Part shown: positions 9,322 through 19,200 of the stretch, in pieces
How the letters are laid out: each line of letters starts with the position of its first letter
Numbering within the stretch: the stretch's first letter is position 1
Assembly (NCBI GenBank): GCA_002780005.1
Contig: PEWV01000032.1
Span: 8,123 to 72,122, forward strand
Direction of reading: 5' to 3'
From: Candidatus Aquitaenariimonas noxiae
GTDB lineage: Bacteria; Omnitrophota; Gorgyraeia; Aquitaenariimonadales; Aquitaenariimonadaceae
Length of the DNA stretch: 64,000 bases
Notes under the pieces: generated by a model
Told to the model about the DNA's origin: nothing
Seen by the model: the letters and a program-made list of their open reading frames with translations, nothing else
The model's database searches: none
Position numbers and translations under genes: made by a program

Positions 9322-10706
9322 AGAATTTGCCGCTTACATGCGGCGTTTATATTATGAAGGATCCTGCCGGAGAGGTGCTATATGTGGGCAAGGCCGGAAA
9401 CATAAAAAAAAGGGTCTCTTCATATTTTTATAAGAAATATGTGCCCTCGGCGAGGCTCGATGCCCTTATTTCTAAAGTAGCGAAGATAGAGAATATCCCT
9501 ACTACCTGCGAAGGTGAAGCCCTCATTTTAGAATCTTCTCTGATAAAAAAATATAAGCCCAGGTATAATGTCGAGCTAAAAGATGATAAGAGTTATCCTT
9601 ACCTTAAGCTGACCCTTGCGGAAACATACCCCAGGCTTTTTATTACCCGCAAAATGACGGATGACGGCTCGAGGTATTTCGGCCCATACACGAATGTTAA
9701 ACTTCTGCGCGAGGCAACGTATATGATAAAAAGGATATTTTCCTTAAGGGTCTGCAATAAGCTTCCGAAACACGTATGTCTCAATTACTATCTCAGGCAA
9801 TGCGTAGGGCCATGTGTCGGCAATATCGATAAGACAGGGTATGATGAGATAGTAAAAGAGCTCATTTTATTTTTAGAAGGCAAGAAAGACGCACTTTTGG
9901 AAGAACTTACTAAAAGGATGGCTATAGCTTCGGCCAAGTTGAATTTTGAAGAAGCCGCAAGGATAAGGAATAGGATCGAGGCATTAAGCGCGATGGTCAG
10001 GGGAAAGGTCAAATTCAATTTTAAAGATATACTGGAGGAGCTAAGGCAGGTCCTTCGCCTTGAAAAACCGCCGATGCGGATAGAGGCGTTTGATATATCG
10101 AATTTCGCCGGCGACCAGTCGGTCGGCTCTATGATATCTTTCTATAACATGAAGTTTGACCGCGCGTTATACAGGAAATTCAAAATAAAAACAGTTGACG
10201 GGATCGATGATTATAAAATGATGCGAGAGGTTATATCAAGGCGATACAGGAGGGTTTTGGATGAGAAGCTGCCCCTTCCCGACCTTGTGATCATTGACGG
10301 CGGCAAAGGGCACTTATCTACGGCAAAAGACGAGCTGGATAAGCTGGGACTTTCGCGGGTGCCTGTTATCGGCATAGCAAAGGAATTTGAGCATATTTAT
10401 CTGCCTGACCAAAAAGAGCCGTTAAAGCTTCCCAGGAACTCGAGCATACTTCAGCTTATTCAGAGGATAAGAGACGAGGCCCATCGCTTCGCCATATCAT
10501 ATCATCATTTATTGCGAGAGCGGGAAAGCTATCATTCGGAACTTGATGCGATAGAGGGTATAGGCGAAACGCGCAAAAGAGCTCTATTAAGGCATTTCGG
10601 AGCATTGGAAAATATCAAAAAAGCAAGGATGGATGAGTTGCTTCAGGTTAAGGGAATAACAAAGAAAGTGGCCAAGGAGATCGCCAGTTATTTTAAAAGA
10701 CAGTAA
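9294..10706 (+). CDS. uvrC: Excinuclease ABC subunit C
   Basis: GIY-YIG (GVYIMKD..YVGKA), FEEAARIRN, IEAFDIS, DLVIIDGGKG, IRDEAHRFA, C-terminal HhH; start reassigned to ATG 9294. Confidence 0.96.
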   Translation: MGIDIKTEIKNLPLTCGVYIMKDPAGEVLYVGKAGNIKKRVSSYFYKKYVPSARLDALISKVAKIENIPTTCEGEALILESSLIKKYKPRYNVELKDDKSYPYLKLTLAETYPRLFITRKMTDDGSRYFGPYTNVKLLREATYMIKRIFSLRVCNKLPKHVCLNYYLRQCVGPCVGNIDKTGYDEIVKELILFLEGKKDALLEELTKRMAIASAKLNFEEAARIRNRIEALSAMVRGKVKFNFKDILEELRQVLRLEKPPMRIEAFDISNFAGDQSVGSMISFYNMKFDRALYRKFKIKTVDGIDDYKMMREVISRRYRRVLDEKLPLPDLVIIDGGKGHLSTAKDELDKLGLSRVPVIGIAKEFEHIYLPDQKEPLKLPRNSSILQLIQRIRDEAHRFAISYHHLLRERESYHSELDAIEGIGETRKRALLRHFGALENIKKARMDELLQVKGITKKVAKEIASYFKRQ

Positions 10707-10710
10707 GGTT

Positions 10711-10840
10711 TAAATCACAAATTACAATATACAAATCACAAACAATATACAATAAACAATGACCAAAATCACAAATTAAGGAGTTTGTTAATTGTAATTT
10801 GTAATTTGTTTGTAATTTGGAATTTGTGATTTGTAATTTA
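10711..10840. repeat. Inverted heptamer-array hairpin (CAAATYA)n ... (TRATTTG)n
   Basis: Left arm 10711-10778 and right arm 10780-10840 align unit by unit, including a shared 4-nt register break (CAAA). Confidence 0.88.
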
Positions 10841-10853
10841 TAAGGCGTAAGAT

Positions 10854-11186
10854 ATGAGCAGGAATATAACTAGACTTTTAAAGGACCAGAAGTTAACTCC
10901 ATTCCAGAAACGAGTGCTTTTAGTTACTTGCAAAATTCCCAAGGGCCAAGTTAGGTCTTATAAATGGGTAGCTAAAAAAGCAGGTAGCCCTAAGTCGTTT
11001 CGGGCAGTCGGGCAGGTTTTAAAAATAAACCCGTTTCCGATCACGATACCCTGTCATAGGGTGGTGAAGAACGGCGGTACCTTAGGTGGATTTGCGTTGG
11101 GCGCTAAAAAGAAAGAAGAGTTGCTTTTAAAGGAAGGCTTGACGGTTGAGGGGGGCGTTGTTATAATTAATAGGAGAAAAGAGTAG
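10854..11186 (+). CDS. ogt: O6-methylguanine-DNA methyltransferase (single C-terminal domain)
   Basis: TPFQ..V, IPKG...SY, RAVG, active-site IPCHRV. Confidence 0.88.
   Translation: MSRNITRLLKDQKLTPFQKRVLLVTCKIPKGQVRSYKWVAKKAGSPKSFRAVGQVLKINPFPITIPCHRVVKNGGTLGGFALGAKKKEELLLKEGLTVEGGVVIINRRKE
11139..11167 (+). promoter_or_regulatory. sigma70-type promoter for prfB-secA-lnt, inside the 3' end of ogt
   Basis: TTGACG (11139-11144), 17 bp, TGn-TATAAT (11162-11167). Confidence 0.7.
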
Positions 11187-11189
11187 AGT

Positions 11190-12282
11190 ATGCTGGAAGA
11201 TATAAAAGAAAATCTAAGTAGCCTAAAAAATAAACTCGCTGAGTTACGAGGTTATCTTTGAGGTAGATGAAAAAGATGTTCGGATAAAAGAAATCGAGAA
11301 AGAATTAGCAGAGCCTTCCTTTTGGTCAAGCCCAAAAAAGAACGAAACGATAGACGAACTAAAAGTCCTTAAATCGCTTACAGAACCGTGGCATAAGCTT
11401 GACAGTGAATATAAAAATATAGAAGAACTCTCTTCGATAGTAGAATCGAGCGATACCGAATCGATAGCGCATCTAAAAACTGAACTTCTGGCCTTAACGA
11501 AACAAATAGACGGCCTGGAATTCAGGACTTTATTGAGCGATCCTGTCGACAGGTCGAACGCCATTTTCAGCATAAATTCCGGGGCCGGGGGCACCGAGGC
11601 GTGCGACTGGGCTAATATGTTACTTAGGATGTACAGCAAATGGTCCGACAAGAGGGGGTACAGTATTGAGATACTGGATACTCTGCAGGGCGAAGAGGCC
11701 GGGATCAAAAATGTCACGGCAATCATCCGGGGAGAGTTTGCGTACGGGTATCTTAAGACCGAGAGCGGAGTTCATCGTTTGGTAAGGATATCGCCTTTCG
11801 ACGCGAATAAACGGCGCCATACATCTTTTGCTTCGCTTGATGTGATACCTGAAATAAGCGATGATATAAAAATTGATATAAACGAAAACGATTTAAAAAT
11901 AGACACCTTTCGTTCCGGCGGAAGCGGCGGGCAGCATGTGAATGTAACTGATTCTGCCGTAAGGATCACGCACCTGCCGAGCGGCCTTGTAGTTCAGTGC
12001 CAAAACGAAAGATCTCAGTATAAAAATAAAGCCATGGCCATGAAGATTTTAAGGGCGAAACTATACGAACTGGAACGAAAGAAAAAATTTGAAGAATTGA
12101 CCAAACGATACGACGAAAAACAAAAGATCGAATGGGGCTCGCAGATACGCTCTTACGTTATGCAGCCCTATTCTTTGGTTAAAGACCACAGGACCGGGTT
12201 TGAGACATCGAATGTCCAGGCGGTTATGGACGGCCAAATAGACGAGTTCATAGAGGCGTATTTAAAGCAAGGGAAAAAATAA
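11190..12282 (+). CDS. prfB: Peptide chain release factor 2, programmed +1 frameshift
   Basis: ATG 11190 reads [23 protein letters not shown] to CTT-TGA (11256-11261); +1 frame continues EVDEK...PSFW into the ORF with SPF and GGQ motifs. Confidence 0.96.
11248..11262 (+). promoter_or_regulatory. prfB +1 ribosomal frameshift site
   Basis: GAGGT-TAT-CTT-TGA-G: internal SD-like GAGGT, slippery CTT-T, in-frame UGA. Confidence 0.92.
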
Positions 12283-15200
12283 TGAATTTTATTATGGGAT
12301 TACTCAAATCCATTCTGGGTGGTATTGTAAGCTCTCAGAGCACCAGGGAATTAAGACGAATAAAGACAATAGTGGATGAAATAAACAGCTTTGAACCAGA
12401 GATATCTAAATTATCCGATGAAGGACTCCGTTTAAAAACAACAAAGTTCAAGGAGCATGTTGCCGCAAAGAAAGAAGAATTGCGCCTTGAAATCGAAGAG
12501 CTCGAAGAAAAAGCCAGGACCGCTACCTTCTCCCAGGAAAAAGACAGGCTAAGGCTAAAACTCAAAGTTTTAAGAAATAAAATGTTCAACGACATCCTGC
12601 CCGAAGCCTTTGCCGTTGTAAGAGAGGTGGGTAAGCGAACCCTTGGGATGCGGCACTTCGACGTCCAGCTTATAGGCGGGATAGTTATACATGAAGGAAA
12701 AATATCCGAGATGGCAACCGGTGAAGGGAAAACTTTAGTGGCAACTCTGCCGGCGTACCTTAACGCGCTTACCGGAGAAGGGGTGCATATAGTTACGGTC
12801 AACGATTATCTGGCCAAACGCGATAGAGATTGGATGGGCCCAATCTATGAATTCTTAGGGCTTTCCGTAGGCGTGATCCAGCACGATATGTCGCCCGAGG
12901 CAAGACAGAAGGCGTACGGTTGCGATATCACATACGGCACCAACAACGAATTCGGATTTGACTATTTAAGGGATAACATGGTCATTTCAAAGGAAGATAT
13001 CGTTCATAGGAGACTTAATTTTGCCATCGTTGACGAAGTGGACAGCATTTTGGTAGATGAATCCCGAACGCCTTTGATCATATCCGGTGCCACCGATACA
13101 ACAAATACATTTTATGTCGAGATGAGGCCTGTCGTTGACCATATCGCAAAACTGCAAAAATACCTTATTAGCGATTTCTTGAATAAGGTCAAAAAGATGA
13201 TAAACGACAAGGGGGACGGGGAGGAGACAAAGAAGCTTCTATACCTCATATACAAAGGTTCGCCGAAAGAAAAAGATTTCTTAGACCTTACTTTGAAAGA
13301 TACAAAAATGAAAACACTTTTCGATAAGGCGCTCGGCCTTTACGAAAGTAAATTAATGGAAAACGAAAGGTCTACGCTTCTGGAAAACCTATATTTTGTG
13401 TTTGATGAAAAAACCAGAGAAGTTACCTTCACGTCAAAGGGCGAAGATGTCATGCGCCAGAAATTCAACGTGGAATTCATGATAGAGGACTTGGAGGCAA
13501 AGCTTTCCGAGATAACGAGCCGGGAAGACCTAAAAGAAGAAGAAAAGCTGATAAAAGAGAGCGAAATTACCAATCAGTATGTGCAGCAGCAGAAACGCGT
13601 TGATAGCATAAAACAGTTATTAAAGGCATACATACTGTTCCGCAGGGATGTGGATTATATTATTCACGAAAATAAAGTCGTTATTGTGGATGAATTCACG
13701 GGCCGCATGATGCCCGGCAGGCGTTTTTCAGAGGGCCTGCACGAGGCGATCGAGGCTAAAGAAGGGGTTGAGGTCCAAAAGGAGTCGCAGACCCTGGCAA
13801 CGATTACGCTGCAGAATTTTTTTAGGATGTATGGCAAGCTGTCCGGCATGACCGGCACGGCGGCAACCGAGGCCGATGAATTTGAAAAGATATACGGGCT
13901 GCAAGTTATTGTCATACCTACCAATAAACCTTTATCGCGGACAAATCTTGGCGATGTCATATATAAAACAGAAAGAGAAAAATTCAACGCCATATGTTCG
14001 GAGATAGAGGCTCTATACAAGGAAGGCAGGCCGGTCCTAGTAGGAACTATATCTATTGAAAAGTCTGAGACGTTGGGCAAGCTATTAAAGCGGCGCAACG
14101 TGCCGCATTTTGTTCTAAATGCCAGGTATCATGAAATGGAGGCGCATATAGTTGCGCAGGCAGGAAGATATCAGGGCATCACAATCGCTACAAATATGGC
14201 CGGCCGCGGTACCGATATCCTTCTAGGAGGCAATGCCGAGTATTTGGCCGAGGACGCTCTTAATAAGCTTGAGATAGAGTCGCCTGAGGAGAAAAGAGAG
14301 GTTAAAAAGAAGTATCTTGAGGAATACAAGAGAAAGACGGATGAGGAGCACGAGAAAGTTGTTTCGCTGGGCGGATTGCACGTGATCGGAACGGAAAGGC
14401 ACGAATCCAGGAGGATAGATAACCAGCTGAGAGGGCGATCCGGAAGGCAAGGGGATCCCGGATCATCCAAATTTTACCTCTCTTTAGAGGACGATCTCAT
14501 GCGGATCTTCGGTTCCGACAGGATAAAGATGATTATGGAGCGCCTAGGCATGGAAGAAGGCCAGGAAATACAGAACCCTCTCGTCACCCGAGCCATAAGG
14601 ACCGCGCAGAAAAGGGTAGAGACGCAGAACTTCGAGATAAGGAAACACCTTCTTGAATATGACAATGTTATGAATCAACAGAGGGAACTCATATACGAAC
14701 GAAGGCGAAATATTATTTTGGAGGACAATCTTACCGAAGAAGTTTTTGATATTTTAGGCACGATATTAGAAGATTGGCTGCAAGATTTTGAAGGCTATGA
14801 AGAATATCTCGAGGATTTTTGCAAGAAGCTGCGGATCAAGTTTTTATTAGGCTTTAACCCGAAGGATCTTTTGGAATTTTCAAAAGATGAAATAATAGAT
14901 AAGATCATCGAAACAGCAAAAGTTTATTACTCAAAGAAAGAAAAAGTGCTGGGAGAAGACAAGGCAAGATTTTTGGAAAAGATGATCATGCTTAGATTGA
15001 TAGATATGAATTGGAAAGATTACCTTTTCAGCATGGACCAGCTCAGGGAAGGCATCATGTGGCGCTCTTACGGACAGAAAGACCCTCTCGTGGAATATCA
15101 ACATGAGGCGTTTACCATGTTCAGCGACCTTATAAAGACAATAGACGAAGAAATAGTGGAAAGGCTTTTCAAGACGTTTGCCGTAGAAGAAAAATTTACG

Positions 15201-15419
15201 CAGAGCGTGTTCAAAAAGGAAAAAGAGACTTTTGTGCACGAGGAATATTCAGCCCTTAATGCCCAAGCCGGTCCCGCCGATGCGTCCGAGCCGTCTCCAG
15301 CTATGAGTATGCAACCCGCTCGGGATATTACGTTTAAAAGAGAAGAACCAAAAGTCGGAAGAAACGACCCCTGCCCGTGCGGCAGCGGGAAAAAATATAA
15401 GAAATGTTGCGGTAGATGA
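12282..15419 (+). CDS. secA: Preprotein translocase ATPase SecA (long form)
   Basis: [40 protein letters not shown]-terminal [18 protein letters not shown]. Confidence 0.98.
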   Translation: MNFIMGLLKSILGGIVSSQSTRELRRIKTIVDEINSFEPEISKLSDEGLRLKTTKFKEHVAAKKEELRLEIEELEEKARTATFSQEKDRLRLKLKVLRNKMFNDILPEAFAVVREVGKRTLGMRHFDVQLIGGIVIHEGKISEMATGEGKTLVATLPAYLNALTGEGVHIVTVNDYLAKRDRDWMGPIYEFLGLSVGVIQHDMSPEARQKAYGCDITYGTNNEFGFDYLRDNMVISKEDIVHRRLNFAIVDEVDSILVDESRTPLIISGATDTTNTFYVEMRPVVDHIAKLQKYLISDFLNKVKKMINDKGDGEETKKLLYLIYKGSPKEKDFLDLTLKDTKMKTLFDKALGLYESKLMENERSTLLENLYFVFDEKTREVTFTSKGEDVMRQKFNVEFMIEDLEAKLSEITSREDLKEEEKLIKESEITNQYVQQQKRVDSIKQLLKAYILFRRDVDYIIHENKVVIVDEFTGRMMPGRRFSEGLHEAIEAKEGVEVQKESQTLATITLQNFFRMYGKLSGMTGTAATEADEFEKIYGLQVIVIPTNKPLSRTNLGDVIYKTEREKFNAICSEIEALYKEGRPVLVGTISIEKSETLGKLLKRRNVPHFVLNARYHEMEAHIVAQAGRYQGITIATNMAGRGTDILLGGNAEYLAEDALNKLEIESPEEKREVKKKYLEEYKRKTDEEHEKVVSLGGLHVIGTERHESRRIDNQLRGRSGRQGDPGSSKFYLSLEDDLMRIFGSDRIKMIMERLGMEEGQEIQNPLVTRAIRTAQKRVETQNFEIRKHLLEYDNVMNQQRELIYERRRNIILEDNLTEEVFDILGTILEDWLQDFEGYEEYLEDFCKKLRIKFLLGFNPKDLLEFSKDEIIDKIIETAKVYYSKKEKVLGEDKARFLEKMIMLRLIDMNWKDYLFSMDQLREGIMWRSYGQKDPLVEYQHEAFTMFSDLIKTIDEEIVERLFKTFAVEEKFTQSVFKKEKETFVHEEYSALNAQAGPADASEPSPAMSMQPARDITFKREEPKVGRNDPCPCGSGKKYKKCCGR

Positions 15420-17011
15420 ACGAGACAGTGGAAAGTGATCAAGTGGTCAAGTGGTCAAGTGGTCAGGCAATAAAACGCTTGGCTACCCGGTTATTTGGCC
15501 GTTTATCATTATGTGTACTTTCCTCTGTTTTACTGATCTTCTCCTTTCCTAATTTTGAATTTTCCTTCGTGGCGTGGTTCGCCCTTATTCCTTTCTTTTT
15601 TGCGGTACGGGGAGAGAGCGATGGCGGCGCATTCTTTCTGGGATTTATTACGGGATTGATTTTTTACCTGGGCTCTATGTATTGGCTTATTCACGTGACC
15701 ACGCTCGGTTTTATACTATTGTCCATGTATTTAGCTTTATATTTCGGAATAGCCGGAATTTTTTTAAGATATATAATAAGCGATATACGCAGCGCCGTTT
15801 TGGCCGCGTCTCCCATATGGGTTGCGTTGGAATATCTGCGCTCGACTATACTTACGGGAATGGGCTGGTCGCTTTTAGGTTATTCGCAGTATAAAAATTT
15901 GTCGATAATTCAAATCGCCGACATAACTGGCCCGTACGGCATTTCCTTTCTTATTGTAATGACAAATGTCCTAGCGTATCAATTATTGAGCGGCCAATTG
16001 TCTAGAGAATCAAAATCGCTTACTAATCCGGCAATGAGGCAAGTGCTTATCTCCGTCTTATTTATACCGATAGTATTGGGCTATGGCTATTCCAAGCTTA
16101 ACAAGAGCGAAAGCGGCATACCTCTAAAGATCTCTGTTGTTCAGGGCAATATTTCGCAGCATCAAAAATGGGATGAAAATTATACAGATTTTATTTTCGG
16201 ACGCTATTATGTTCTGACAAAAGAAGCAGCCTTAGACAAGCCGGACCTTATAATATGGCCGGAGACATCCTTTCCGGGATATTTCGGAGCTGAAAAAGAA
16301 CTGACAGATAAAATGAAAACTCTGGTGAGTGAGGTAAAAATACCGGTTCTTTTCGGCGCGCCTACAAACGATCACAACAGCGCTTTTTTGATTTATAAAA
16401 CAGGAGAAGTAACGCAGCAATATAACAAAATCCATCTGGTTCCATTTGGCGAATATGTGCCTCTTGAGAAGTGGCTTGGTTTTGTTCATAATATAGCGCC
16501 TTCTCCTATTGGAGGTTTTAAGGCCGGAACTGAATACACAATTTTTTCCCTGCCGTCTGCAACCCATAGCCTAAAACCTAAAACCCGTAACCTATCAACT
16601 GGCTTTAGCGTCCTCGTCTGCTTTGAGGACATATTCCCTCAGCTTGTAAGGCAATTTGTCAAACAGGGCGCGGCATTTTTGGTTAACATTACAAATGACG
16701 CGTGGTTTGAGGAAAGTTCGGCCCCTTATCAGCATGCGCAGGCTTCCGTATTCCGCGCGGTTGAGAACAGGGTTAATGTTGTACGGGCCGCGAATACCGG
16801 CCTTTCCTGCTTCATAAACCCTACAGGAAAGATTTTCAGCAGGGTAGAGGATCGAAGCGGGAAGGATATATTTGTAGATGGTTATGATACGGCGGATATA
16901 ATAATAGAACATAAAAATTCTTTCTATACAAAATACGGAGATATTTTTGCATACTTATGCATAGCCATTTCTGTCATATTTCTAACAAAAAATAATAATC
17001 AAAACGAATAA
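15416..17011 (+). CDS. lnt: Apolipoprotein N-acyltransferase
   Basis: [41 protein letters not shown]; ATGA overlap with secA stop. Confidence 0.96.
   Translation: MNETVESDQVVKWSSGQAIKRLATRLFGRLSLCVLSSVLLIFSFPNFEFSFVAWFALIPFFFAVRGESDGGAFFLGFITGLIFYLGSMYWLIHVTTLGFILLSMYLALYFGIAGIFLRYIISDIRSAVLAASPIWVALEYLRSTILTGMGWSLLGYSQYKNLSIIQIADITGPYGISFLIVMTNVLAYQLLSGQLSRESKSLTNPAMRQVLISVLFIPIVLGYGYSKLNKSESGIPLKISVVQGNISQHQKWDENYTDFIFGRYYVLTKEAALDKPDLIIWPETSFPGYFGAEKELTDKMKTLVSEVKIPVLFGAPTNDHNSAFLIYKTGEVTQQYNKIHLVPFGEYVPLEKWLGFVHNIAPSPIGGFKAGTEYTIFSLPSATHSLKPKTRNLSTGFSVLVCFEDIFPQLVRQFVKQGAAFLVNITNDAWFEESSAPYQHAQASVFRAVENRVNVVRAANTGLSCFINPTGKIFSRVEDRSGKDIFVDGYDTADIIIEHKNSFYTKYGDIFAYLCIAISVIFLTKNNNQNE
15433..15510 (+). 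repeat. Octamer array (AAGTGGTC)x4 with degenerate complementary arm, in lnt 5' coding region
   Basis: AAGTGATC AAGTGGTC AAGTGGTC AAGTGGTC AGGC, loop, GCTT GGCTACCC GGTTATTT GGCCGTTT ATCATT. Confidence 0.8.
16561..16595 (+). repeat. Degenerate heptamer array inside lnt
   Basis: AACCCAT AGCCTAA AACCTAA AACCCGT AACCTAT, encoding [11 protein letters not shown] just before the catalytic-Cys strand. Confidence 0.65.
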
Positions 17012-17119
17012 GGTAACATTTCTCACCTTCCTTGAGCGTCAAAATCCAAACTTATTTAGCGATATAAAGTTAAGAAAAATAGTTTTTGCCGATTTTACTA
17101 GTAGGCGCATGATTTAATC

Positions 17120-17149
17120 TTGACTTGCCGATGCTATTTGTGTTAACAT
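17120..17149 (+). promoter_or_regulatory. Candidate promoter for the acyltransferase-lptC-lptB-tig-clpP run
   Basis: TTGACT (17120-17125), 18 bp, TGn-TAACAT (17144-17149). Confidence 0.45.
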
Positions 17150-17152
17150 AAA

Positions 17153-18061
17153 ATGGTTATGAAACGTAAAGCGATACGCAGCGTTCTTTATTATCTTTTA
17201 ATAATTGCTAGGTTCATAATTAGGCTATTTCCTTTGGGGCTGGGGCTTTTTATAGGAGGTATATTAGGAAGATTAGCATATTATATAGTAAGAAAAGAGC
17301 GCATAAAGACACTCGCTAATTTAAGACTTGCCTTTGGCAAAGAAAAATCAGAAAAGGAAATCAGGCGTATAGGGCGTGAAGTATTTGCTAATTTAGGCAA
17401 GAATTTGGTAGAATTGGCTGATTTTCCGAAAATAAATAAGTCAAACATAAATACCCTTGTTAGTGAAAACGGGTTGCATAAAATTAACAAGGCGCTCGGC
17501 AAGAAAAACGGTGTTATAATATTAGCGAGCCATTTTGGGAACTGGGAATTACTGGCCGCGTATTTGACGCTCAAAGATTATAGAGGCCCTGTCATAGCCA
17601 GGAAGATATATTACGAAAAGTATGACCGCTTACTCAACGATCTCCGGGCCAGCAAGAATGTCGAAGTGATATACAGGGATGAAAGCCCGAAAAAAATATT
17701 GCGGGTTTTAAAAAGCGGCGGCATGATAGGGATTTTGGCGGATCAGGACGTTGATAGCGTTGAAGGCGTGTTCGTTGATTTTTTTGGAGAGCTGGCATAT
17801 ACGCCTACGGCGCCTGTCAGCTTAGCCTTGGCGACCGGGGCCCAGATTCTTCCGTGTTTTCTTATAAGGGAAGGGAACCGGCGAACTTTTATTGTTGAGG
17901 ATCCTATAGAACTGGAGATCAGCGGCAATAAAGAAAGAGATGTAGCGATTAACACCCAAAAGTGGTCAAGGGTGATCGAATCTTATTTGAGAAAATATCC
18001 CGAGCAGTGGGTTTGGATGCATAGGCGCTGGAAGACAAGGCCAGAAGATAAAAATAAATAA
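17153..18061 (+). CDS. Lipid A late acyltransferase (LpxL/HtrB family)
   Basis: HFGNWEL, ILADQD, VFVDFFG, YPEQWVWMHRRWK motifs; start may be ATG 17159. Confidence 0.9.
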   Translation: MVMKRKAIRSVLYYLLIIARFIIRLFPLGLGLFIGGILGRLAYYIVRKERIKTLANLRLAFGKEKSEKEIRRIGREVFANLGKNLVELADFPKINKSNINTLVSENGLHKINKALGKKNGVIILASHFGNWELLAAYLTLKDYRGPVIARKIYYEKYDRLLNDLRASKNVEVIYRDESPKKILRVLKSGGMIGILADQDVDSVEGVFVDFFGELAYTPTAPVSLALATGAQILPCFLIREGNRRTFIVEDPIELEISGNKERDVAINTQKWSRVIESYLRKYPEQWVWMHRRWKTRPEDKNK

Positions 18062-18342
18062 CAAATCACAATGTTCAAATTGCAAACAATATACAATACC
18101 AAAATTGCAAAATACGAAATCCTAAATTCGAATTTCGAAACAAATCCTAAATTCGAATGTTCAAATGTTCAAAACAATAGTTTTAGTCATTCGGATTTTG
18201 GTGATTCGATATTGTTTCGTATTTCGTGCTTCGTATTTCGAATTTAGATTGTCCCGCATGAAGTTTTTCTAGACGAGATTCAGCGGGATCCCGCAAAAGC
18301 GGGATAATTTGTTTGTATATTGGAATTTGTAATTTGGAATTT
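18056..18342. repeat. Nested composite repeat: outer heptamer hairpin, inner heptamer hairpin (18111-18246), GC-rich double hairpin (18251-18305)
   Basis: Outer arms resemble the 10711 element (CAAACAATATACAATA; AATTTGTTTGTA..TGGAATTTGT); inner arms AAATTCG-type/TCGTATT-type; ATCCCGC-AAAA-GCGGGAT is a perfect hairpin. Confidence 0.88.
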
Positions 18343-18351
18343 TAATAAATA

Positions 18352-19200
18352 ATGTATAGACTACTAGCAGTCTCGATTATACTAATATTAGCCTTGTCAG
18401 GTTGCGGAAAGAAAAAAGAGCCTCTAGCTAATCCCGACGCCATTAAAGCGGCGGGTATCGGCCAGAAAATACTGCAGTTTGAGTTAACCGCGTATACCGA
18501 CAGGGGAGTGAAGCGCTGGGAAGTAAAAGGCGAGTCTGCAAACGTGGTAGATGAGGTAGTTGAGTTGAAAAATGTAATAGCGACGACTTACAGACAGGAT
18601 ACAACTCTCACGCTTGAGGCGGACGAAGGTTTCTATAATAGAGTCTCTAGTAAAGTTCATCTGGAAAAAAATGTGGTGGTCACTACCGGGGATGGGGGCA
18701 GGCTCTTGACGGATGCCTTGGATTGGGACAGCAAGAATAATATAATAACTACGGATAAACCTGTCTTGATCAAAAGGCAAGAGATAAATCTTTGGGGCAC
18801 GGGGGCGAAGGGAGAGCCGGAGTTGAAAAAAGCGCAATTCGTGAAACATATCAAAATAGAAATGGATAAGGGCGCGACACATATAATCTGCGACGGGCCG
18901 CTGGATATAGATTACGAAAATAACGTGGCATTCTTCAATGATAACGTGAGGATTACGGATGAGAAAGGCGAGATCACTTCGGATAAACTTGACGCGTATT
19001 TGAATCCGCAGACAAAGACTATCGTGAAGGCTATAGCGAGGGGAAGGGTCAAGATACTCAGGAACGAAAATTATAGCTATAGTGATGAAGCAATATATCT
19101 TGCAGAAAGCCATAAAGTTATATTGACAGGCAGGCCCAGAATTGTGATATATCCCGATGAAAAATTTGATGCTTCTTTTTTTGGAGACAAGAATGAATAA
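18352..19200 (+). CDS. lptC: LPS export periplasmic protein, LptC domain plus LptA/OstA-like domain
   Basis: Lipobox LSGC; ADEG.Y, L.TD.L.WD....I.TDKPV (LptC); second half ITSDKLDAY, A.G.VKI, A.Y.....ILTG.P (LptA-like); directly upstream of lptB. Confidence 0.82.
   Translation: MYRLLAVSIILILALSGCGKKKEPLANPDAIKAAGIGQKILQFELTAYTDRGVKRWEVKGESANVVDEVVELKNVIATTYRQDTTLTLEADEGFYNRVSSKVHLEKNVVVTTGDGGRLLTDALDWDSKNNIITTDKPVLIKRQEINLWGTGAKGEPELKKAQFVKHIKIEMDKGATHIICDGPLDIDYENNVAFFNDNVRITDEKGEITSDKLDAYLNPQTKTIVKAIARGRVKILRNENYSYSDEAIYLAESHKVILTGRPRIVIYPDEKFDASFFGDKNE

Noticed and set aside
10711-10840. CRISPR array interpretation of the repeat regions (also 18056-18342 and 21202-21284)
   Set aside because: Units are 7 nt, contiguous and inverted; there are no 23-47 nt repeats with unique spacers and no cas genes.
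11533-12282. prfB as a 249-aa ORF or pseudogene
   Set aside because: Explained by the programmed +1 frameshift at 11256-11261; the gene starts at 11190.
17012-17152. tRNA or small RNA in the lnt-acyltransferase gap; minus-strand AAGGAAGGTGA-ATG
   Set aside because: No cloverleaf or T-loop motif; the minus-strand ATG opens only 6 codons.
18053-18352. AATAAATAA direct repeat as a 9-bp target-site duplication of the nested element
   Set aside because: Low-complexity AT sequence that overlaps the first heptamer of the left arm; cannot be told from chance without an empty-site comparison.
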